A stretch of DNA of 64,000 nt, from the NCBI GenBank assembly GCA_020891255.1, contig BQFW01000007.1, forward strand, positions 62,001 through 126,000, in the 5' to 3' direction. This stretch comes from Entomortierella parvispora E1425. Lineage: Eukaryota; Fungi; Mortierellomycota. Below are positions 37,081-47,389 of the stretch, piece by piece. The notes beneath the pieces were generated by a model that worked only from the letters and a program-made list of their open reading frames with translations, was not told where the DNA came from and ran no database searches. Position 1 is the first letter of the stretch; each line of letters opens with the position of its first letter. The translations under genes and the position numbers were made by a program.

Positions 37081-39626
37081 ATGAACGCTCTCGTGGAGCG
37101 TCTGATTCATCGCATGGTGCTAATTGCAGCCAGCGTTGCTCCTTTGTTTCTGGCTATCATTTCGCTGCAACACGTGCCGTTTGTCAATGCAGCTCCACCT
37201 ATCGCGGTCGGTGGCGCTGCATACGCAACCGTGAATGGAACTCTCTATATACAGGGGGGAGGCATTTTCCGCAGTCAAGAACCTACGGATGTCGAGACTG
37301 ACTCAACAAACATGTCATCTCTAGACCTATCAATCCCCTGGAACGATACATCACCTCCATGGAAGCTCCTCAACGACGGTGTTTCTGGAAGGAGCCGCGC
37401 TCACACTCTATTCCATGGAATGGCCGTCTCTCCAGACAAAACCCAGTTGGTCTTGTGGGGTTTACAGCAGCTGAACCCGGACGATAGATTCCTGATTACA
37501 TACAATATCCCGGGAAATACTTGGAGCGACATCATTTTCGCACCTAGTCTGCAAACTCTTGGTTTTGTTTCGGTGGTCATCGATCCTACAAGTAGAGGCA
37601 TGGGGGTTATGTATGCTCCTGCTGGTTGTTATTCAGGTGCAACTATGTTGGGCATGTGTCTGAATAACTTGGACAAAAGATTGATGACTTATGAGTCCAT
37701 GCCCAAAAGCCTGATGCCCGATCGCATCAATTTTTTCTCCTTCGTTTATTGCACATTGCGCAAGACAATGTTGCTGTACGGAGGGGTGGGGGGGAACAAC
37801 AATGAGACCAATCCGAATCTGTACGAATACTCCCCCTCCAACTCGATCTGGTCATTGGTTGTAAGTCATCGCCTCTCCAATCCATTCACACATCACATAA
37901 TGGTGATGAAGAGAATTGTATGATTGTACAACTATGTGATGAGAAGCTAATAGATTTACCTCCATTCCGATACAGGTACCACAGGGTAATCCTCCTGGCG
38001 ACATCCAGCGTCATTGCATGGTAGAGAGTATGTCGCAAGTCTGTTCCCAATTCACTTCTGTTGGACAGGCACCTACAAGAATACGAGCTCTAATATTCCT
38101 TTCTCGCATTTGACCATAGCCACGGATGGCACCAAAATGATCGTGTTTGGTGGGATGAACCTCGGACAACAAGTCAAGTCACGTCTTTCCATTTTCCATG
38201 TTGAAAACATGACCTGGACAGAAGGAGCAGATGCGGGAGCAGCTAATGCCAGAATGGGTCATGTCTGTGCTACCAACGGTGACAGCTTTGTCGTCTGGGG
38301 AGGTAGGAATAATACTCACACCAACTTTTTGGTAAAATAACCTCTAACCTCAGCGTTGTTGCTCCATTAGGATTGACCCTTCAGAATGGTAAAGCTGTGA
38401 TGACAAACAATATCCCATTGATCTACAACATCCCCAAAAACAAATGGGTCCACACCTTTGTAGTCACAGATCCTCCTCCTCCTATCCTCTCCAACACGAC
38501 ATCAGCATCGACATTCACAAGACCAATGCCTTCTCCCTCAGACAATGCTTCTTTACCCTCCCCCTCGGTAACGTCGTCCAGTGTTGGAGCGGCTGTTGGT
38601 GGAGCTGTAGGAGGCATTGCAGCTGTCGCTGCCATCGGATTTTTTATTTTCAAACGACGCAGGCGAAGAGGAAACATTGCCCGTAGTTCGTCGCAATCAA
38701 AAGGATTAAACAGCGACCATCATATGAGATCCAAGGCTCAGAACGGTGGAGGCAACGCTTCAGACGACATAAATTCATATGACAACAATCCTGGCTCAGC
38801 TGTGCTTCAGCTCCCGAGCACATCGGTCCAACGCCCAGCTCATCCGTATTCTCACTCTCCGCCTCATTTTGTGCAACAGTTCCAGTCATCACCACTGCAG
38901 ACTGAACAGTCATTCCTTCTGCATGGAGGCAACTCATGGGAATTAAAGCCCGATAATATGAGAGGTCACGATGGGAAACAGGGCGAACCAGGGTCACCAG
39001 GGTCTTGGGGAATCAGTTCGTCTCTACATTCGCCTCCTTCCTTTCAATCAACGATATCACCGTCTATGACCGGAAGTCCACAGGGATTTATCAGATCCTT
39101 CCCTGTAGATCAACAACATTATTCGCATTTTTACGACGGAGCGAAGGCCGACTCCCAAGGTCCCTTCAGGAGTATCAATCATCACTCAACTGATATGCCG
39201 TACAGCGGATATCCCCAATACACTCCAATTGGATTGGATTCACAGGATAGCCGACTTGATCTCCGTAGCCCCCAGCAGCCAGGGCCAGGAGTGGAGATGA
39301 GTCCGGCAGCATGGATGGCGGCGATGAACACCCGCAGCTTTTTTGGCAATCCTCACGGTGCGATCGGTCATAGATCACACGTCAGTGGCGAGATTGGTGT
39401 CCTTGGGTCATACTTCCCGTCTCCACCACTTGGTTCATACTTCCCGTCTGCACCAGGACAACAGTCGCCAGCACAGCCAGAGCCGGATCTAATCCAAATG
39501 AAGTTGATGCTGATGAAAGCACAGCATGAACTGGAGTTAGAGAAGATACGTCGAGAACAAGAATCACAGCGCCAATTGGTTGGGCGGCAGTTGAATGAGC
39601 GGCAGTTTGCGTCCGGCAGTGAGTGA
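37081..39626 (+). CDS. K6: kelch-like single-pass membrane protein (exons 37081-37860, 37976-38027, 38120-38302, 38371-39626)
   Basis: Closest relative of K5. Same exon phases, tail motif, and coiled coil MKLMLMKAQHELELEKIRREQE. Confidence 0.88.
39402..39455 (+). repeat. 27-nt tandem duplication in the K6 tail (LGSYFPSPP LGSYFPSAP)
   Basis: cttgggtcatacttcccgtctccacca followed by cttggttcatacttcccgtctgcacca (2 mismatches). Confidence 0.9.
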
Positions 39627-39797
39627 GGCTATTTCAAACGATTTTTTCGTAGCGAGCTTCCATCATAATAATGCTTAATGTGTAATGACCAGAGGAGTGT
39701 GGGATGTTGTATCTATTGACTCTCTTCATGCAGCAAGAAAAAGAGAGCCAAGCCGTTGAAAGCTGAATCAATTTCGCCCTGCGTGACACAGAGAACA

Positions 39798-39820
39798 GCG
39801 CTGGCCAATCAACTCCGACA
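39798..39820 (+). promoter_or_regulatory. 23-bp element containing a CCAAT box (GGCCAATCA), identical upstream of K7 and K8
   Basis: gcgctggccaatcaactccgaca at 39798-39820 and 43251-43273. Confidence 0.5.
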
Positions 39821-40388
39821 AAAGTTGGGCTGAAAAACTTTGGATTGCAAGGAGGGGAGGGTTTCCCACAGAAGTTCTTGCTACAGGATCTGTGGTTCTT
39901 CAGACTCAGAAGGCAGGTCAATTACCGAGTTCTGCCATGGAGGGTTCTATGGTTCGAGGTATCCATGACGGTTGCTGGCACTCTCAAGATTTAACGAAAA
40001 AGATGATCCAGAGAGCGTGTGGTTTTGTTTTCCTATTTTGTTGAGGTGGCGGGTCGCACAAAGAGTTTTTTGTTATTGCTCATCCGTCTGTGTTCAGGCC
40101 AAAGGGAGAGAGGCGAGATTGGCTTGCATATCAACACGACAGAGCAGTGCCATTGTCGAAGTGAAGCCGTGAAGGAGGACGGTACATTTCTTTCAGCGGC
40201 CGTCTTCCCGCCTTTCCCCTCTTTGTTTCGTTCCATTTCCCTGTCAGGAACACTCCCTCCCCTTCAAAGCTCGGTGAGAGAGCTGGCCCGTCTCCTCGCC
40301 CCCTGTCCATTTTCCAGGACGACTCTCCTTTCCATCCAACAACACTGCCTACTCTTTTCAACGATTTTACTCCTGCCTCAACACCACC

Positions 40389-43015
40389 ATGGAGCGCCTA
40401 CTCCATCGCGCGCTCGTCTCTGCCTTGAGCATTGCTCCTTTGATCCTGTTTGTCTTATCAGTGCAAAACATTCCTCTTCTCTCGTCAGCTGCACCTCAGA
40501 CGGTCAACGGTGCTAGATATGCCACTGCGAATAACACTCTCTTTGTGCAAGGAGGATATTATGTCATTCCTACAATGCCAGCAACACCCTTTTCAGCCTT
40601 GGACTTGTCAATCCCTTGGAATGTCACGTCACCGCCATGGAGGACAATTGAGCTTGGGGATTCGGTCCAGCTTACAAATATACATCAAGGAATGGCTACT
40701 ACACCAGACCAAACACGGTTGGTCTTTTGGGGATCTTTCACTGGCCCTCTCAATAACTCTGTGGTCATTTACAATATACCAAACAATACTTGGAGTACTT
40801 TGACATTCACCGCGGCTTACGTAAATTCAGTGGTGTCCCCAATACCGATTCCACTTCTGGGTACAGGTATCTCGGCAGTGATCGATCCAGCATCTGCAGG
40901 AAAGGGCTTAGGGGATTTGTATGCCCCAGATGGCTGCTCCGAAGAAGCTCTTTCTCTCATGTGTCGAGCGACTCTGGGCACCAAAACATACGGTATCGCT
41001 CCAATGCCTGGTGGCTTGGTGCCCTCTGGCATCCAGTACTTTTCCTTTGCGTATTGCACAATAAGGAAGTCGATGCTTCTATATGGCGGAATGAGCCCGA
41101 TGAACGTGAGCAATCCGAATCTGTACGAGTTCATTCCGTCAACTTCCGCCTGGTCATTGCTTGTAAGGCATTGCTTGGAATCTTGTACCACGTGGAAAGT
41201 ATATCTCTGAGAAAACTGTAAGATGGGCAGCTAATAGGTGTACTTTCTCAATATAGCAACCGCAGGGCACCTCTCCTGGCGATGTATCGGGTCACTGCAT
41301 GGTCGAGAGTATGTTGCAAATGCGACTAGTTCACTTTTGGTTGCTGAAATGGATGCTAATCATCTTTTCCTTCGGAATCTCAGCCACAGATCGGTCCAAG
41401 ATGCTTGTATTTGGGGGTATGAACACAGCGATGCAAACCTCCTCACGTCTTTTTATTCTGAATCTCGATACTATGATCTGGACAGAAGGAGCCGATGTTG
41501 GAGCAGCCAGTGCTAGAGCATATCATGTCTGTGGAACCAACGGCGACAGTCTTGTAGTCTGGGGAGGTACAGAAATGTCGATAGTATTTGGTGGATTGGT
41601 TCCTATAGCTCCTAAATTTAACCCAACCCGCTGATATTGATTACTGGATGTTAGGCGCGATTGTTATTAATAACCAGCAAGTGGTGGTAAACAATATTCC
41701 CTTGGTTTACAATATACCAAACAACACTTGGGTCCAAACATTTGTTGTCTCGAACGCCCCTCCACCCACTACATCGGCATCGACATCGGTATCGGCAGGG
41801 CCCACTTCTACCCCTTCAGGAAATATCGCTCAGCCTTTCCCTGAAAAAAAATCGTCCGATGTAGGAGCTGTGGCAGGTGGCACTGTCGGATGTATTGCAG
41901 CCATTGCCGCCATCGGATTTTTTTTTTACAAATGGCACAAGAGAACAGGAAAGAGCGGTGATCGCCCATCACAAACGAAACGGTCAGGAAAAGACAGCAG
42001 CTCGCGATTCGGAATGAAAGGAGGATTCATAGGAAGAACAAGTAATAGGGACGATGACGACGAGGACGACACAGATCCTTACAGTGACTACCCTGAACCA
42101 CGTGCAATCCAGCTTCAGAATACATCGGGACAACACACAAGCGACCCGTACCTGTCTTCGTCCCCCCATTTTTCAAAGCAGTCCCAGTCATCCTCGGTAG
42201 CAATGTCGCCTCCACTTCTCCAGCTTCTGCCCTCTCGACCAGAGACTCAAACCAGAAACACATTATTATCTTATGGCAGCAATCCGGCAGATCCGAGGCT
42301 CAGTACGATGGACCACAGTGGAGTATCCTCTAGAAATATAGACTCATTGAGGTTCTCGGGAATCAATTCATCTCTGCCTGCTGCTTTCCCCTTCCTGCCA
42401 CTGCAATCGACATCACCGTTTCCTCTAAACGGTAGTCCACAGGGACAACAAGGATCTCTAAGCTTTATACCAGTGGATTCGCACGGGCATTCAATTTATT
42501 ACGATGCAAACAGGAATGCCTTCTCTGCCGGCAGTCAACAAGGGTCTTTTCCAACAGCATCACTAAGCCAGCCGAATTGCTACGATGGACGCAACAGTAA
42601 CTTGTCTGGATCTGTCAATAGTCCCGATTCACATTTAACCTGTACTCCGTACAGCAACTCTCCTCAGTACAGTCTCATTGGATCAGACAGACCGGGCATT
42701 CACGGCGATTATCGAAGCCCACAGCAGCCTGGGCCGGGAGTTGAGACCAGTCCGGCAGCATGGATGGCGGCGATGAACACACGCAACTCTGTTGGCAATC
42801 CTCATAGTATGATCAATCAAGGATCGTACCACAGTGGCAAGATTGGTGGTCACGGTTCATACTATCCACCTCCACCAGGACAACAGTCGGAGCCCGACCT
42901 GACAGAAAAAAAAAGGAAGTTGATAAAGGCACAGCATGAACTGGATGTGGAGAAGATGCGATTAGAACAAGAATCGCAGCAGCAATTGATCGGGTGGCAG
43001 TTGTTTGAGCGGTAG
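40389..43015 (+). CDS. K7: kelch-like single-pass membrane protein (exons 40389-41162, 41257-41308, 41384-41566, 41655-43015)
   Basis: Start MERLLHRAL; same exon structure; TM VGAVAGGTVGCIAAIAAIGFFFY; tail motif, SYYPPPP and coiled coil. Confidence 0.88.
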
Positions 43016-43818
43016 TCTGCTTTCTGGCGGCTGGTGAATAAGATCATGTATAGCTTCTGTGGTAGAAAACTTCCACCGTAGTAATATCCAGTAGTCCAGT
43101 AAAGTAAATAACGATATCCAAGAACATGGAGAGCGCCAATGGAGTCTATTCAATTTCATCCAACGGCTTGGCTCTCAGTGTTGCATGCTCCATTTCTTGC
43201 TGCTGGCCATGACTGAATCAATTTCATCTGGGGGGTGACACAGAAAACATGCGCTGGCCAATCAACTCCGACAATCACACTGGAACTAAGATACTTGTGC
43301 TGACGGGGGAAAGGGGTGAGGGCCAGAAGTTGTTGATACATCCATATTCCTTCAGTATGAGGACCAGGTCATGTTACCGAGAACAGTCATTTAGGGCCCG
43401 AGGGTTCGATGTATCCACGGTGGTTGATGACCTTTCAAGATGTGATGAGAAGATGATCCAGAAGTGCGTGTGGTTTGTTCTATTTTATTGTTGAGTGGAC
43501 ACGTCGCACAAAGATTTTTTTTTTTTTTTGTGTTATTGCTCACCCGTCTGTGTTCAGGCACAAAGAGAGATGCAAGATTGGTTTGCATATCAGCAGTGAA
43601 AGAGGACAGTGCATCTCTTTCAGCGGCCCTCTTCTCGATTTCTCCCATTTCTCCCCTCTTTGTTTCCTTCCTTTTCCTGTCAAGATCCCTCTTCCCCTTC
43701 AAAGCTCGGTGATAGAGCTGACCCGTCTCCTCGCTCCCTGTCCATTCACCAGGACTCTCTTGTCCGATCCAAGACTGTTCGCTCTTTTCAACGTCTTCAC
43801 TCCTGCCCCAACGCCACC

Positions 43819-46471
43819 ATGGAGTGTCTGCTCCATCGCGCGCTCATCTTCATTGCCAGCACTTTTCCTTTGTACCTGGTCCTTTTTGCCCTGCAAAATA
43901 TCCCTTTTACATCATCGCAATCACCTGTTGCGGTCGTCGGCCCCGGATATGCCACGGCAAGCGGCAAACTATATATCCAAGGCGGTCTGACGATTATTAA
44001 CGATCTAATTAATCCTTTAGCCGCAGAAACATCAGCTTTCTTTTCCTTGGACTTGACAATCCCCTGGAACGTCACGTCCCCTCCATGGAAGTCTATCAGT
44101 GTCGGCAATGAATTTCCCGTCGCAAACAGTTACCAGTCGATCGCTGTTACTCCGGATAAAACCCGGTTGGTCTTTTGGGGATCCTTTAGTCCCCCTCGCA
44201 ATACTTCTTTACTTGTATACAATATCCCGAACAATACTTGGAGCACTACGCCAATCATACCGCTCCTGAAGCCGGGCCAATTGACGGCAATACCTCTGGG
44301 CAACTATATGTCGTCAGTGATCGATCCAGCATCCACAGAAAAGGGTTTAGGGGTTCTGTATGCACCAAGTGGTTGCTCCGACACCACTGTCAGTTATCCC
44401 CCAGTTGAAGAAGGCCTCTGCCAGACGGATTTGGACAAGAAGACATTCGCCGTCGGCTATATGCCTGGAGGCCAGGTGCCTGCAAACGTCCAGTCCTATT
44501 CCTTCGTATACTGCTCAACACGGAAGTCGATGATGCTATACGGAGGTAACGGTGGAACCAACCTGATCAATCCAAGTTTGTACGAGTTCAATCCATCAAC
44601 TGTGTCTTGGACATTACTTGTAAGTCAGTCCTTTCTGCCTGGAGTCTTCTTCCCGGTAGATATTTAAAAGAATCTGTAGGACGGGAACTAATAGGTCTGC
44701 CTTTTTCTTGATACAGCAACCGCAGGGAGGAGCCGCTCCTGGAGATGTCTCGGGCCATTGCATGGTCGAGAGTACGTCGCCAATGTGCTCTAGTTTACTT
44801 TTTGTTTGTTGCAATGGATCCTAACCATATTTTCCTCATTTGCAACTGCAGCCACAGATGGTTCGAAGATGCTTCTGTTCGGGGGCATGGATATTACAGG
44901 GAAAACCTCATCACGTCTTTTTATTTTGAATCTCAACAACATGACCTGGACAGAAGGAGCCGATATTGGAGCGGCCAATGCCAGATCAGGTCATGCCTGC
45001 GCTACCAACGGTGACAGTCTTGTTGTCTGGGGGGGTAAAGAAAATATTCACTGTATTTCGGAAGTCCTGATCTTGTTTTCTTGCCAAAGCAACCACTAAC
45101 TTCGATCATGGTAAGCTAGGGATAATCACCGCGAACAACGCGGCCGTGGTGGTAAACAATATCCCATTGGTGTACAATATTCCAAACAACACTTGGGTCC
45201 AAAACTTTCTCGTCTCCAAAGCCCCTCCCTCTCCAACATCGGCATCGTTGGCGCCTACCTCCACCCCAACAAACACTATCACGCAGCCGCCTCCTCCTGA
45301 AGAAAAATCATCCAATGTGGGTGCTATTGCCGGTGGTGCTGTCGGATGTGTTGCAGCCATTACCGCCTTCGGATTTCTCGTCTACACATATCGCAAGAAC
45401 AGGAGAGATAGTGATGATCGCTCATCACAAATGAAACGGTCGGAAAAAGACAATAGCTCGCGATTCGGCAGAAGAAACAACAGAAACGATGACGATGAGG
45501 AGGATGACACAGATCCTTACAGTGACTACCTTGGTTCACGTGCGATCCAGCTTCAGAATGCGTCGACACAGCACACAGTCGACCCGTACTTTGCTTCGTC
45601 ACTCCACTTTTCGCAGCAGTTCCAGCCATCTTCATCAGCAATGTCGCCGCCACTTCACCAGCATCTGCCTCCCCAACCAGAGATGCAAGCCAGAAACACG
45701 CCGCTCTCTTACGGAGGTAGTCCTGCCGATATGAATCTTGGCACGATGAACCCAAGCGGAGTATCCTCGGGCGAGCTAGATTCACTCCGGTTCTCGGGGA
45801 TCAGTTCGTCTCCACCTCCCCCTTTCGCCTTCCCCCCACAGCCATCGTCTGTGTCATTGTCTTTGAGCGGTAGTCCACAAAGAGAGGAGGGTTTCGTCAA
45901 CTTCATACCAACAGATTCGCACGAGCAGCCAATTTATTACGATAAAGGAAAGAATGCCTTCTCTACCGGCAGTCCACAAGCATCTTTTCCAAACTTATCA
46001 GTAGGCCAGTCGACTTACTACGATGGACGCAACAGTGTTCTCTCTGGCTCCTTCAAGAGTCCTGATGCCCTTTTAACCAGTACTCCGTACAGCACCTCTC
46101 CTCAGTACATCCCCATTGGATCGGACGGACAGGGTCTCCGCGCGGACTATCGAAGTCCACAACAGCTCGGACCCGCAATTGAGACCAGTCCAGCGGCTTG
46201 GATGGCGGCCACAAGTGCGCGTAACTCTATCGGTAACCCTCACAGAGTAGTCAGCCATGTGTCGGATGTCAGTGGTCCAGTTACCAGCCGCGGTTCATAC
46301 TACCCTCCTCCACCAGGGCATCAATCGCCAGCGCCAGCAGAGTCGGACTTGATGCAGAAGAAGCTGAAGCTGATGAAAGCACAGCACGAACTGGATTTAG
46401 AAAAGATGCGATTGGAGCAGGAGGCACAATTGCAGATAGTCCAGAACCAGCTTTTTCAAAGCAGTGGATGA
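43819..46471 (+). CDS. K8: kelch-like single-pass membrane protein (exons 43819-44619, 44717-44771, 44852-45034, 45120-46471)
   Basis: Start MECLLHRAL; closest relative of K7; 55-nt microexon; tail RSPQQLGPAIETSPAAWMAA and KKLKLMKAQHELDLEKMRLEQE. Confidence 0.88.
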
Positions 46472-47389
46472 TTATCACACATTACAATGCCAATACCATA
46501 ATACAGAGTTGTACACCATATTGACAACCGTATATCCTCGTCCATTGGCTGCCCCTTGATGCAACTTGAATGAAAAACGAGAGAGGGTTTTGATGGGCCT
46601 TAACACCGTGATATAAATAAAAGCTGCGAAAGTTCTTATCCTTGTCAGTAAAGGTTACATCATTCCATATCCCTCAGCAACCAACATATCTGAAGTGCAA
46701 ATGATGTACAACATCGTGGTGATGGATCGAAAGACAATACAGAAGTCGTTGGGCACCCAGTAGCTGTTTAATTCCAAAGGATTTGAAGCCTGTAAAACGG
46801 AATTAAGTGCAGTGGCAGGGCAGACGCGACCCTCATGCAGAAGCAAAAAAAAAAAACAAAAAAAAAAAAAAAAAAGAAAACAAAGGATCCAGTGATCCAG
46901 GGAATGTAGGCGGGTGTCTGTCATGAGCAATTCAAGATTCCTAACGGTACTTTGGAGATCGAGATCAAGTGCAACCCCAAAAGGGCATGGTTTCTTGACA
47001 AGTCGACTAAACCGTCCATCGAGTCGATATCTGTTATTCTTGTGAGAGGATGGATTCTCGCTGGGAACAACTGGGAGTGAATTGCTGACAATCCACGGAA
47101 AAGAAAGAAGGAAAGTGGGCTGAAGAGAGAACCTAAAAGGTGTCGGCAAGACTGATCCCCGTGAGCAAAGCGCGACCGAGGGCGAGGGCAAGATTTGTGT
47201 GAGCATTGACCTTTGCCTTCCAGCACTGCCTTTGCAAACATTGCCTTTTGTTGTGTGGCCATTTGACTTTTTGGACTCTTTGTCAGTTAGTTTACCTTTT
47301 TCCTGCACCACCCATCCCCTGAGGTCTCGCTTGCGAGTTCAAATCAAGGAATCTCCTTAACAGACATTCATTACCACACCAAGATCGTT

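Noticed and set aside
46655-47311. 218-aa minus-strand ORF between K8 and K9
   Set aside because: Low-complexity, runs through a poly-A/T tract, has no motif, and overlaps the presumed K9 promoter.
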